Positions 14,494 to 25,448 are shown, counted from the first letter of the stretch. The stretch: 64,000 nt of DNA from an uncultured Verrucomicrobiae bacterium (GCA_963764165.1 CAVXRD010000002.1:64001-128000), one strand, 5' to 3'. The notes: generated by a model from the sequence alone, not told the origin. Numbers and translations: made by a program.

Positions 14494-17400
14494 TAAAATC
14501 CTTTGGGGAAAATGACTTCTTGAGCGCCCCCAACCCCTCCGAACTCTCCTCCTGGGACGATGCCTCTTTGTATGGGCGTTCCAGGTGGTGGCCTAAGGAT
14601 TCGGAAATATTGAGGTGGCTTTCCGGGAAGATCCCCGAAATTCTTGAGTGCGGCGGGGTCTTGTCCGATGGCGTTGAATGCAGCTTCTGGAAACGCATAA
14701 GTTCCCGGTTGAGCCCCACTCAAAGAACCGGAGCCAAATTTTAGATTAACGGGGCCTGCACCAACGCGCACGAAGGTCTCACCCGCTTGGGTTACATCGG
14801 GTGTTTGAACGCTCGCGCCATTTGCGAACGGAAACTCCATCTGGGTGGCGTTAGCTCCTCCGGTGCCTGTGGTGGCTGTGGCCGTTGGTGTAGGAGCAAC
14901 TCCTGAAGGCTTGGAACTCGTGTTTAGGGAATTGCCAAAATCGAATTCTAACTGCGTTGCAGCAGACGCGTCGCCATCCCTAAGGGCCCCGAGGGCAGAC
15001 AAAAGCGCGTTTCCGGCAGGCGTAGGAACATATTTGAAACTTAACGGGTCCATTCCTGCTTCCTGCATTCCTTGCACACCAGCAGAAAGAAAGAGTGAGC
15101 CGAGAGAGGCATCTTGGGCGGCGGTAAAATCGCCTGTTGCAGCGGCTTCACCAAAGCCTTTTCCCATGCCGTAAAGGCCAAGACTCCCAATATTTGCCTC
15201 CGCTTCTAAAGTTCCCATGAGAATATCACTAGATGTCGGCCCGGCACTTGGGTTGTTATAGATATTCTGATATAACTGGCTGAACCCCTGATAGTCACCC
15301 CCTGCGCCACCTAACGCCCAAGCAGTCTGCGCCGTCATGTCGTAACCTATCTCCCCTGCTTGAGCTAAGCCATTGACAGTTCGGGCACCTAAATTGTAGC
15401 TGGTATTCGCGACTCCACCCCAAAATACCCCACTGGAAAGGGCGTCCGCATCCAGTGCCCCCTCCTTATAAATATTCCTGGAGACGCGTCCATCTGCGTC
15501 GAAATAAATCGCAGGATTTCCACCGAACGCCGTGTTCAAGGCCTCGTCAGAACCGTGCCCGAGGGGGTCAGCGCATAGGAATGCCCGGCGTGTGAAATCA
15601 TAGGGACGAAAACCCAATTGAGCGAAGCCTGCGGTATTGATCGCGCGACTACGCCAAGCCAAACTGGCAAAGGCTGGAGATGCTAATGAAAGGCGCGGGG
15701 GACTGTAACCGTCTGCGGGCCCGTAAAGGCTCAGTCTCGCCGAGTTCCACGACAAAACGCCATTGGTTATACCGGCTAATACATTTCCAAATCCATCCGA
15801 AATGATGCCCGACGTCAAGTTTACCGACGCGGTTCCGCTAGTGATTTCCTCGATCCCACCCACTCCTTGCATCCCGCCGTAGTGGCCACTTGTATCGGGC
15901 CCATACGTAAGGATATCCTGTCGGAAGTCACTGCCCTGACTAAGACTAAGAATAACTGGCTGGAATTGAATTTGAGGATCATATTGGTACCCAATCGTCA
16001 ACGGCTCTGGTCCACTCGTCAGAGCAATGTTATTGCTTACAGTTGTTTCAACCGTTTGGACCTGTCGCCCGAGAGCATCAAAAACTACTGCCAAATTAAA
16101 ACCATTATTATTTGTGTCACGCTCGTTAACCTTTACCAGTCTATTGAAAGCATCCCAAGTTAAGGTTTGTACTTTAATAAGCTGGCCACTTCCATTCTTC
16201 CATACAAGATTGGTCACATTACCTGAGCCATCGTACTGGCTACTTACTTGGTCTGCCGCGTTAGAACCGACGGTAAACGCACTAACCCGATTTGTAGTAA
16301 ATAGACCGCCCGGATGATCGGCATACACTGCAAGCGTATTCGTCCCTCTTTGCAGACCGAGTGCGGCACTCCACTGGCTAGCGCCTCGTCCATCGTAACG
16401 CAGATCTAGGGGCTGTCCGTTGAGATACCCACGCAGCGTCGCTGCACCGTTAACATGCCCAGTCGCCACCCGTTCAATAATGGTATTTGTCCCAGTTATA
16501 ATGCGTGAGAAGGCATCAACTCCGCCCATCCAGGAATTTGAGCTCGCAGACAACTCCGAGGCTGATGTCAAGACGCCTAAACCAGCGGCGACACCATTAT
16601 CAAATGTATATTTGTTCGTAAGAGAACTGGCACCAGCGAGATTAAAGCTCTCTTGCGTCAGCTTCCTCGTCAATGGAGCGTAGGAAAAGTTGCGTGTGTC
16701 AGTGAAATCACCCCGCGTTGCCACATAATTTGATGGAGAGCCATCATCCAACCACTTCCATGTTTCCGTCATTTCCGTCGTACCGAAGACCTTTGTGGTC
16801 ATCTGGAGTGGGCGGCCTATTGAATCTCTCGAATCAACGCTTACTGATCGGAAAGCGTTAGTCCGACCCGTAAGCAATCCGTTGTCCGCATATGCGTAGG
16901 TGGCATCGTTCATCGCGGTCATTAAGTTGTCTGCGCGGTATTGAAAACTCATGCCGGATGAAACTTGAGTCCTTCTTCCTGCACTGTCCCATTGCTGACT
17001 AATCGTGGCTGGCACGCCGCCCACCGTCAGGGTATCACTGCTCAGTTGGGAATAGGCATCGTACGATCGTTGAATGGACGTGGCTACACCCGCATTTGTG
17101 TTTACGTAAGCTTGAGTGATCGACGACACCAAACCGCGTGGTTCGTATTGCCAAACAATGGACAACTGCTGCTCAGGAAGCGAGCCGGCGGTAGTCGTAT
17201 TTGTAATACGCAGGAAATCATCATACAAATTCGTTCTAGTCACCCCTCTTTGATCAGTGACTGACTGAACCAAACCCGGCCACGCACTGCTATAGTACGT
17301 GTAAACATTTGTTCTCGTACCCTGCGCCCCTGTCTGGTCCCACTCGTTCAACATCTGACCAGCCGAGGAATAGGTGGCGGACCAAGTAAGATTTCCGGGC

Positions 17401-20400
17401 ATCGCGCGGTTGGTAAGATCGTTTAATTGATCGTAACGATAAGTCGTAGTAGCATAATCGCGTGTCGTTTCCGTTTCGATCCGGTTTAACCCATCAAAAG
17501 TCCACGATGAGAATGACCATAAGATTAAACCGCTTGATGCTTTGTCATGTTCGATTTCATTACCAGAGAGATCATATCTATGGAGATCGTAATCCAGTTT
17601 CCCGCCACCAGGAGAAGATGCTGTGAGAAGCTTACGCCCATCATTGTCAAGGTAGGTGGTTGTGCTAATAGCACCACCGCCAGTTCCTTCCGTGACAGTG
17701 ACACTGTGATGATCAGCAGAATAGACGTTTGTGGTAACATGTAATGGTGTTAAGCTGCCGGGAGCAAACACCTGCACCGAGACTTGACGGCCCAGAGCAT
17801 CCTTGGTCGTGATCGTTTTCTCGCCCAAGGTGTTGGTAAAGGTCAAGACACGCCCGCTCCCGTCATAAAAGAAGGTAACCGATTGCTGCGATATATTAGT
17901 CGTATAGGTAGGGGGGCCAGCCGGGTTTAGCCCGGAAACAATACTATCAACAGTAACTATGGCCGGACCGGACTCGATTTTCACCCGATCCAAACCGTCA
18001 AACGAGCTCACAAATATGTTTCCAAGCGCGTCTGTTTCTTGAATTGAGTTGCCTCGCCTGTCCAATTGAACTGAATTCGTTCGCAATGGGACTCCCAAGG
18101 CGGAATAAATTACTTTGGTCGTAAGCCGATTAAAATCATCGTAGGTCGTCTGGACGTACGCGCCGTTGCATTGAAATTCGCGGTAAATCCGACCGTCTAG
18201 GTAATAGCGCCAAGCATTCGTTGAGCCATCGGCGTTGTGTCTGTATTCAGGTTGTCCCGCAGCAGTGTACTCAGTTTCAGTAATGCCTCCCAAAGCATTC
18301 GTATGGTAGCGAAGAAGTCCGCCTGGCTCATACCCAAAAGTTTCGGATGACAGTAACGTGATTCCATCCACGTCGAAAAATTGCCGTCTCGTTAAGCGAC
18401 ATAGCGAATCCCAAGTGTTGCTGGTGATTGCACCACGAGGATCAACAGTCCGGGTAAGATTGCCAAGCGTATCGTATGAATTGAACGTCTGAGCATAAAG
18501 ATTGTATCCGGCAGGCGCCTGAACCCCCGATCCGTCCTGCTTCGCCTCGCAACGCCAGTGGATTTCTGTTGTTGGTCGACCGGCCCCATCATAATCATGC
18601 CAGATATAATCTTCCGGGTTGTAGCGCGGACCATCCACCCAAGTAAGTTCCCCATTTTCATTGTAATAATTGAAATTCCATGAGAGCAGATTGCCGCCTT
18701 CGTCGAAGTTTTCCTGTTCAGTCCGACGGCCCAGATCGTCGTAAGCAAATTCCGTCGTGGCACCCAAAGCGTCGCTTTCATCTACAAGTTGGCCACGCTC
18801 GTTGTAAAGGAACGTGTTGGTAATGGAAGGATCGCTAGTGCCCGAGTAAGCGACGCTTTGTGTTAGGAATCCCTGGCCATTGTAGGTGAAATCATTGGTT
18901 GCGGCATCTGGCGAACTGTAAGCACGAACAGTTCGCACCAATAGGCCACATGAAAAATTCGTCTGGGTTATTGAGCCGAGGATGACGACGTTTGTCGCGT
19001 TTGCGTATAGCTGCAAATTTGTAACGATAGGGTTAAGACTGGCGTAACGTATCGTTTGCGCGGGCAGAAAGGGAAATTGAGTGTCGTAAACATAAAAAGT
19101 GCTATTTCCCACCGGATCCGTGCGCTGCAACGGTAAACTGTTTGTGTTGTACACTGCCGTATTCGTTGCAGCTTGCGTAAGAATTCCATCTCCCGATATG
19201 TCACCCGTTATAACCGTATTTGTAATATTTCCATTCAAATCGTATTTGAATTGTGTCCAAATTCCACGCTTGTCCTTGCGTTGAGAAACGCTCCGTGGGT
19301 ACCCAGGCGCGGTCGCGTTGTCTGCATACCAAGATTGTTGGATAGTCTGCCCGAACGGGTCGGTCACCTGCGTAATAAGGCTGTTGGTGTAATCGTAACG
19401 GTTGGTTCCATTATTTCCGTCAACGACCGTCGTGTATCCACTTATGGCGTTGGTGGCTGAATTGGTGAGATTGAAGTTGTTAGAATAGTAGAATGTGGCT
19501 GTTCGTATCGGATTCAGATCTATGCCTGCCGTAGACCATTGGTTGGTGACGCGCCGCTGACTATCATAGGTGTTTTGCAACACTCTCCCATTGGGGTTGT
19601 CCTCTTCTGCGATGAGATGCGTCGAGAATAGTTGTTGCGTCACTGCGGAGCCATTTGTCACAGATTGGGTCCCGTGGAGATACTGGTAAGAACGGGTCGT
19701 GCCATCAGGCAATGTGACGCCTATCAGATCGCCAAATTTGTCATATGCGTAAACCAATCGCCTTCCGTCGCCGCAATAGGCTTCGATGATGTGTCCGTAC
19801 ACGTCATAATAAAAGCCCAGAAAGTTTCCGTTACTACACTGGATTCTTCGCACCTGGCCAAAATCCGGTTGGGAAGGATCGGAACCGTAAGTGAATGTGT
19901 AGAAATTCCCGCAATTATTTGTCCAAGCCAGCATGTATGGACGGGTCTGATTGAGAACCCCGTTGTTGAATGTAATGTACTGAAACACTCGGATGCTGCC
20001 GTCCGCCCCATATAAGGCGAAATTCGTTGTTCCGCTGGTGACCGTTTGGACAAGGCGGTCGCGTAACCGATTCACAAGCCCACCAACACCGGAGGAAGTA
20101 TTGTTTACAAGCTGGGGATTAGCAGCGGTGGTCGGCATCCAAAGATTACTGTTTGTAGGTGACTGAACATAACTCAGAACAGCTCCATCCATATCTGCCG
20201 CGTAAATATTTAGATTGCTCTGCGCGACACTCAAATATGGTGCGATGCTAAACTTCCAGCCTGATCCGAATTGGTTATCTGCGAGATTGAGACTTGAATA
20301 GTTTCTTCCCAATGAAAGCGGAATCGGGCCAGCCAGTTTCAAATCAACCTCGCTGACATAAAACTCGCCAGTGATATTGTTGACGGGATCGGCAACCTGG

Positions 20401-23400
20401 CTCATTAACTGCGAACCCATGTCGCTCAAAGTTCCCCAAAAGCCTTTTTGCTGAGTTTGCTGGACGTCTTGAGCAAGATTTTGGTTTTGAGTGCTCTGCG
20501 CCGTGAGGTCCAAGGACGACTGAACATTGGCAGACCACGCTGAGTCATAGGGTGTTGCTGCATAATCCCCGCTGAGAATTTGATTATACACCTGGGCCGA
20601 ATTGAAATTGGCGATCTGGTCTGGCAGCAAGGTGGTGCCGGAAGTTGGTGCTTGGAAGGTGAGTGTGGCAGTATCACCCATTGTTAAATTGTAATTAACC
20701 GCATTGCCTGGGGTTACGGAGTTGTTCGGCAGATTTTCTCCGAACGCGCCATTCAGGCTGTTTGGCGAAATTACAGCAGCCTGTTGATTAAACCCAAAAA
20801 CGAAAGCGCCCATGCCTGAGAACGCAGAGTTCGAAACAGGCCCTGGAGTTATGTAGGCTGTTACAAAACCGTAGTCATTGTTGTTGTTTTGAAAGGCAGA
20901 AACCACTTGATTCCAGACGTAAGGGTCAAAAGTTTGGAGTTGGCTGCCCTGGTAAACTGTTGATCCCTGCGAGGCGTAGGTATTAACACTGAGTGGCACA
21001 ATCCCTAGCCCCCGGCTTTGGGCCAATTGCAAAAGACGAACAGTGGAGACAGCATTGGATTGCTGGTAATAGTCGTTCAGGACCTGGTGTTCCTCGGCGG
21101 AACCGTCCACGACTCGAATCAAGTTGTAATTTTGCGTTGCTGTTTCAATGGACTGGCCCGAATCAGGCCGAGACGAGGCGTTGCCGACAGTCGCAACATC
21201 GTAGTAAAACATATCCACCGATGGAAGCACAGAGTCAACGGTGCCGTTGGTTAAATTGCCCGAACTGTCGCGAAGCGGCCCCAAAATCGACAGACCCGCC
21301 GCCCAAGTCGAGAGTGTATCAATCTTATGAAAGTTGCGATTGACTTGGTCAAAGTCACTAACATTTTTGTAATATGACATCCCCGCGAGATAGAGGGTGG
21401 CCCCCTGATAAACGTCTGGGGAAATGCTTGCCGTTGGATTTGTTCGCAGCGTGTTTTCCATCTGCCACAAATCTTCCGCATGAACATTCAGCATGTCTTG
21501 GGTAACTCGCCCATAATCCAGGCAAATAGCGGCCAATTCACCTTTGCGCAAGGGCCGTTCCATCACGATATTCCGGTCGGCAGCATAACCCAAGTAAGTC
21601 GAATATGGGTTTATTGCATACGATGGACTTAGGGCCCGATGCCGATTATATACGAACCTTACCCATAGCTGGTCGTCAAATTGGTCTAAGTTTATCGAAA
21701 GAACCTCTTTGGAGAGCAATGTCGAATCGTTTGTGAACGAATACTGTGTCGCAATATTGGTGCGAAATGGGGACAGAACTAAACTCAACAAGATTTGATT
21801 CGTAATATTGTTTGTAGCTGTAATATAAAATTGCCGATTGTGCAAATCGGTCAGACGCATTGGACCAGTTTGAATATCTTTGTGTGGGTCGGTTTGGCTG
21901 TAGATTTCCAGGCTGAACGTATCAAATACGTTAGTCATGAGCGGATCAACATTCGTAATGGAATTCGCGGATAGACTCTCCACTGTGTAGCTCGTGTTCG
22001 TCAAAAATGTTGGGGTTGGAAAATCCTGCCAACGAGAATAATTATGCCGACGCGGTAGAATCTGCATTCCAATATCATCCACGGAAACACCCGGATAATT
22101 TTGCAGGAGCGTCTGCGCTAAATACTTGGGAAAAATCACCCGCGGCGTGTTGTCCCCGTTCGTCGCAAGAGACAATATGTTTGAAGCTCCATAAATATAG
22201 TCCTTCGCCCAGCCGTACGCACTGCTGTAATTTGTTGGCATGTACTCATAAAGGTTGAGTCCTTCGACCATCTGATAGTCCTTGAGCCAAGGGAAAATAT
22301 GAACCCAATTGGTGCCGATGTAGGCAGCAACCCACGGATAATTGACGGCGATCATCGTGTTGCTCGAATAAAGCTGCCCGGCGTCGTTGAAGCTTCCGTG
22401 AACTTGGAATCTCAACATTTGACTGAGACGCGCATCGAGAATTTGAAGCCCGTTGTGAGCCGGAAACATATAGGTGGCGGGGACGCCAGCCTGACGAAGC
22501 AAGTAAACAAGAAGCGCGCACTGCTCGACCGGCGATCCCTGCTTCTCCAAAAACACGCCAAGTGCGCCGCGCGAGACTCCGCTGGGATTGACGGATTGCT
22601 CGGAAACAGTTCCATCATCATTGTAGTCCATCGGATCAGTGAGGTCTATATCGTTCAGCACGTAATTCGCCAAGGCCATCGGATCGTTTCCCATGTCAGC
22701 CACGAATTGATCGATGACTAGGCTGCGACGTAGTTCTGGGCTCTGGTCGATGTTGGTGCAAGCCGATGGCGACAGGCCGACGGAATTGTTGACGGGCGGC
22801 GTATTGGTTAATATTTCGTCGAGAGTCATGCCTGCATAAAAGGGCGGCAATGGATTGCCATTAAATTGAGGTTGGTCAATCATGGTTGCACGCCACGGCG
22901 GTCGCTGCTCAAATTCGAGCGAATAGAGGTACGAAGGGGCTACGTAGCCATTGGTGTCCTGAGCCATTCCAATTTGGTACGAATCGTTCGGTAATCCATA
23001 TTGAAGAATCAGATAATAGTAATTGGTCGCGGAGCTGCTGGCCGTATGAGTAAGCGTATATGCACCAAGTGTGGTGGCACCGAACGACAATTTCGGAGTC
23101 GTCGAAAGAACGGTTGTCAATCCGTATCCAGAAGCCGTTACCTGAAGTCCGTTGCTGGTGAAATTATTCCAAGAGTTCGTGTTGGAGAAATTGGGTGGAT
23201 ATAAATCCGTCTCTCCCGCAAAGGAGAAGTTTGTTCGGAAAAAGGCCAAAATCTTGAGAGGGGTTCCAACTCCAACCGGATCGCCAGCATATATCCCAAA
23301 ATTGTATTCCTGACTCAAATAAAGCGGAGTGCCCCCTACGCGTTCACCGAACGAAACAATCGGATTATTGAAGGGAATTCGATTGGTCCAATTTGTTTGG

Positions 23401-25448
23401 GTCAAGGCGTTCGTTTCATTGTAATGGTAATATGTGCTTGCGCTCCATGAGAGAAGACCGGGATAAAGCGTTGAACAGTTACCAAAGGTATTAGAGTAAT
23501 AAACGCCTTTCTCATAATCCAAAGGAACAACCACGGACCAATATGTCGGATCGCTGCCCGTCCCGCGCCAATATCGACCTACAGGAGATTGAACCGCATT
23601 GGTCGAGGAGCCAGGTGGCAAGATCGTCACGACTGCTTGTGTGTTGACGGCAAGATAATAAAGGCTGTTTGTGGAGAGCGTCAAAACTGCGGTTCGGGCA
23701 TTTGTCAGAGTGGGGCTGAGTGTCGGACCAACGATCAAATTTGTTGCGACTTGATAAGGAGCAAACGTAACCGATAAGGGGAGATTGGTATAGGTGGTGC
23801 CAGCGATGGCAGTCCCGCTGAGAGTAAAATTGGCCGTGACAGCTTTTGGATAGCCATAGGTACGGGTGATCGTAAAACTCCCTGAGGTTCCGCCCTGAAT
23901 GGCGTCGGATGCAGTGGCAGTTACACCAATCATTGGCGCGTCTTCGATTATCCCAATACTGGTGTTACTCAAGACGCCGTAATAGTACATGGTGCCCGGC
24001 TGGAGAGCCATGTTCAGAATCTTCGTGCCGTTCAAACTGGCTTCTGTTCCAGGGGTCAATGTGTTGGTCAATGCTGGTGCCCCAGCCGGTATGACAGCAG
24101 AACCGCTCAGAGATGGGGTATAATCAACGCCATTCACTGCTGTGCTTCCGGACAGGCTGTAATTTACCGTTTTTGCCGCACTAACCCCGGGATAATAGCT
24201 TTCGCGTTCAAAAATGAGGGTGGCTGTGTTTTCGCCTCGGGTCATTGTCGAGCTAGCGAGGATGTCCACATTGGGAAAATCTTCGTCAATTTCAATGGAT
24301 GTACTGTTATACGTGCCGACGCTGTACCCACTACTAGACGCAAGCGCCACGTCCAAATACTTAATTCCGTTCGTGGATGTTTCGATCGCAGGAGTGAGAG
24401 TATTGGTTACTGACCAACTTCTTGCTGGAATGACGAGGGTGCCTGAAAGCGATGGGGTATAATCAACGCCGTTAATTGCAGTGCTTCCCGAGAGACTATA
24501 ATGAATTGTGCGAGCCGTCCCTGAGTTCGGCCAGTATGACTCCCGCTCGATGACGAGAGACGAGGTTGTATCACCACGAATCATCTGTGGCGACGTAGCA
24601 AACACATCTACAATGGGAAAATCATTATAGATATATACCTCCATATTTGTGTAGGGGGCATAGAGAGCGTATGTGCCGCCTGTAACGGAAACCCTGATTG
24701 TCTTGTCCGTAGCCTGATTTGTATTGTTGGCCGTTATCGTCACGTCAGCGTGATCGCTTTCGTTTGGAATGGTAACCGTTCCAATGGTCGGAGTATAATC
24801 AGTTCCCGCGACGGCTGTACTGCCAGTGAGGCTATAGTTTATTGTTCTGCCGTCAGTCAAATAATTTCGGAAGAAACGAATCGTGGTTTGATCGCTGTTC
24901 GTAATCCCCCCCTGCAAGATATAGTTTGTCCCTACATATAACGTTCCCCCAATAACAAACCCAACCCCAACAGGGTTGTTGTTGTCCTGAATCGTTAGGG
25001 ACGCTGTTTGGATGTGATTGCTGTCAGTGTAACCACTTGCGATTTTCAGGATGCCCGTACGATCGTAGTCAACACTTGAATTCTGTGGGACGGGAACCGA
25101 GAAGGAGGCAATTGTTTGATTGGCAGCAATAGTAATGTAGTACAGACCATTGCTGCTCACGTCATAAGATTCAATTGGATTCGTTCCTGTTCCGGGATAT
25201 GGAATTTGTAGCGTTACGGTCACAGGCGAGGCCGGAAACCAGTCGCATGAGGACGTGCAACCAGTGTTTATCGCCTCACGAGTAACGGTTCCTGTGATTG
25301 TGCCGCCTTTTACGCCAGTATAAGAACTGGTGTTTAGGTAAAACGCAGTGTTGAATCCTGCCTGGGCGGTGAGTGCGGCGGTTACGAAGAAAATAATGAT
25401 TGGCCAAAGGCGCGGAATCGCACGGAAGGAAAGTGTTCGGGCTGTCAT
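14493..25448 (-). CDS. Giant Rhs/YD-repeat polymorphic toxin: signal peptide, Calx-beta-like repeats, transglutaminase-like domain, DUF6531-like domain, Rhs core, NAD-active (ART/TNT-like) C-terminal toxin
   Basis: Repeats of YSLSGSTAxNGVDYTP; LLVYLLRQAGVPA; DPVNNITGEF; many YD repeats; FLCADPLG...NPAIYFDADG; C-terminus FVRVG...GTY...LP...GGVGGAQEVIF. Confidence 0.88.
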   Translation of the reverse strand: MTARTLSFRAIPRLWPIIIFFVTAALTAQAGFNTAFYLNTSSYTGVKGGTITGTVTREAINTGCTSSCDWFPASPVTVTLQIPYPGTGTNPIESYDVSSNGLYYITIAANQTIASFSVPVPQNSSVDYDRTGILKIASGYTDSNHIQTASLTIQDNNNPVGVGFVIGGTLYVGTNYILQGGITNSDQTTIRFFRNYLTDGRTINYSLTGSTAVAGTDYTPTIGTVTIPNESDHADVTITANNTNQATDKTIRVSVTGGTYALYAPYTNMEVYIYNDFPIVDVFATSPQMIRGDTTSSLVIERESYWPNSGTARTIHYSLSGSTAINGVDYTPSLSGTLVIPARSWSVTNTLTPAIETSTNGIKYLDVALASSSGYSVGTYNSTSIEIDEDFPNVDILASSTMTRGENTATLIFERESYYPGVSAAKTVNYSLSGSTAVNGVDYTPSLSGSAVIPAGAPALTNTLTPGTEASLNGTKILNMALQPGTMYYYGVLSNTSIGIIEDAPMIGVTATASDAIQGGTSGSFTITRTYGYPKAVTANFTLSGTAIAGTTYTNLPLSVTFAPYQVATNLIVGPTLSPTLTNARTAVLTLSTNSLYYLAVNTQAVVTILPPGSSTNAVQSPVGRYWRGTGSDPTYWSVVVPLDYEKGVYYSNTFGNCSTLYPGLLSWSASTYYHYNETNALTQTNWTNRIPFNNPIVSFGERVGGTPLYLSQEYNFGIYAGDPVGVGTPLKILAFFRTNFSFAGETDLYPPNFSNTNSWNNFTSNGLQVTASGYGLTTVLSTTPKLSFGATTLGAYTLTHTASSSATNYYYLILQYGLPNDSYQIGMAQDTNGYVAPSYLYSLEFEQRPPWRATMIDQPQFNGNPLPPFYAGMTLDEILTNTPPVNNSVGLSPSACTNIDQSPELRRSLVIDQFVADMGNDPMALANYVLNDIDLTDPMDYNDDGTVSEQSVNPSGVSRGALGVFLEKQGSPVEQCALLVYLLRQAGVPATYMFPAHNGLQILDARLSQMLRFQVHGSFNDAGQLYSSNTMIAVNYPWVAAYIGTNWVHIFPWLKDYQMVEGLNLYEYMPTNYSSAYGWAKDYIYGASNILSLATNGDNTPRVIFPKYLAQTLLQNYPGVSVDDIGMQILPRRHNYSRWQDFPTPTFLTNTSYTVESLSANSITNVDPLMTNVFDTFSLEIYSQTDPHKDIQTGPMRLTDLHNRQFYITATNNITNQILLSLVLSPFRTNIATQYSFTNDSTLLSKEVLSINLDQFDDQLWVRFVYNRHRALSPSYAINPYSTYLGYAADRNIVMERPLRKGELAAICLDYGRVTQDMLNVHAEDLWQMENTLRTNPTASISPDVYQGATLYLAGMSYYKNVSDFDQVNRNFHKIDTLSTWAAGLSILGPLRDSSGNLTNGTVDSVLPSVDMFYYDVATVGNASSRPDSGQSIETATQNYNLIRVVDGSAEEHQVLNDYYQQSNAVSTVRLLQLAQSRGLGIVPLSVNTYASQGSTVYQGSQLQTFDPYVWNQVVSAFQNNNNDYGFVTAYITPGPVSNSAFSGMGAFVFGFNQQAAVISPNSLNGAFGENLPNNSVTPGNAVNYNLTMGDTATLTFQAPTSGTTLLPDQIANFNSAQVYNQILSGDYAATPYDSAWSANVQSSLDLTAQSTQNQNLAQDVQQTQQKGFWGTLSDMGSQLMSQVADPVNNITGEFYVSEVDLKLAGPIPLSLGRNYSSLNLADNQFGSGWKFSIAPYLSVAQSNLNIYAADMDGAVLSYVQSPTNSNLWMPTTAANPQLVNNTSSGVGGLVNRLRDRLVQTVTSGTTNFALYGADGSIRVFQYITFNNGVLNQTRPYMLAWTNNCGNFYTFTYGSDPSQPDFGQVRRIQCSNGNFLGFYYDVYGHIIEAYCGDGRRLVYAYDKFGDLIGVTLPDGTTRSYQYLHGTQSVTNGSAVTQQLFSTHLIAEEDNPNGRVLQNTYDSQRRVTNQWSTAGIDLNPIRTATFYYSNNFNLTNSATNAISGYTTVVDGNNGTNRYDYTNSLITQVTDPFGQTIQQSWYADNATAPGYPRSVSQRKDKRGIWTQFKYDLNGNITNTVITGDISGDGILTQAATNTAVYNTNSLPLQRTDPVGNSTFYVYDTQFPFLPAQTIRYASLNPIVTNLQLYANATNVVILGSITQTNFSCGLLVRTVRAYSSPDAATNDFTYNGQGFLTQSVAYSGTSDPSITNTFLYNERGQLVDESDALGATTEFAYDDLGRRTEQENFDEGGNLLSWNFNYYNENGELTWVDGPRYNPEDYIWHDYDGAGRPTTEIHWRCEAKQDGSGVQAPAGYNLYAQTFNSYDTLGNLTRTVDPRGAITSNTWDSLCRLTRRQFFDVDGITLLSSETFGYEPGGLLRYHTNALGGITETEYTAAGQPEYRHNADGSTNAWRYYLDGRIYREFQCNGAYVQTTYDDFNRLTTKVIYSALGVPLRTNSVQLDRRGNSIQETDALGNIFVSSFDGLDRVKIESGPAIVTVDSIVSGLNPAGPPTYTTNISQQSVTFFYDGSGRVLTFTNTLGEKTITTKDALGRQVSVQVFAPGSLTPLHVTTNVYSADHHSVTVTEGTGGGAISTTTYLDNDGRKLLTASSPGGGKLDYDLHRYDLSGNEIEHDKASSGLILWSFSSWTFDGLNRIETETTRDYATTTYRYDQLNDLTNRAMPGNLTWSATYSSAGQMLNEWDQTGAQGTRTNVYTYYSSAWPGLVQSVTDQRGVTRTNLYDDFLRITNTTTAGSLPEQQLSIVWQYEPRGLVSSITQAYVNTNAGVATSIQRSYDAYSQLSSDTLTVGGVPATISQQWDSAGRRTQVSSGMSFQYRADNLMTAMNDATYAYADNGLLTGRTNAFRSVSVDSRDSIGRPLQMTTKVFGTTEMTETWKWLDDGSPSNYVATRGDFTDTRNFSYAPLTRKLTQESFNLAGASSLTNKYTFDNGVAAGLGVLTSASELSASSNSWMGGVDAFSRIITGTNTIIERVATGHVNGAATLRGYLNGQPLDLRYDGRGASQWSAALGLQRGTNTLAVYADHPGGLFTTNRVSAFTVGSNAADQVSSQYDGSGNVTNLVWKNGSGQLIKVQTLTWDAFNRLVKVNERDTNNNGFNLAVVFDALGRQVQTVETTVSNNIALTSGPEPLTIGYQYDPQIQFQPVILSLSQGSDFRQDILTYGPDTSGHYGGMQGVGGIEEITSGTASVNLTSGIISDGFGNVLAGITNGVLSWNSARLSLYGPADGYSPPRLSLASPAFASLAWRSRAINTAGFAQLGFRPYDFTRRAFLCADPLGHGSDEALNTAFGGNPAIYFDADGRVSRNIYKEGALDADALSSGVFWGGVANTSYNLGARTVNGLAQAGEIGYDMTAQTAWALGGAGGDYQGFSQLYQNIYNNPSAGPTSSDILMGTLEAEANIGSLGLYGMGKGFGEAAATGDFTAAQDASLGSLFLSAGVQGMQEAGMDPLSFKYVPTPAGNALLSALGALRDGDASAATQLEFDFGNSLNTSSKPSGVAPTPTATATTGTGGANATQMEFPFANGASVQTPDVTQAGETFVRVGAGPVNLKFGSGSLSGAQPGTYAFPEAAFNAIGQDPAALKNFGDLPGKPPQYFRILRPPPGTPIQRGIVPGGEFGGVGGAQEVIFPKGF

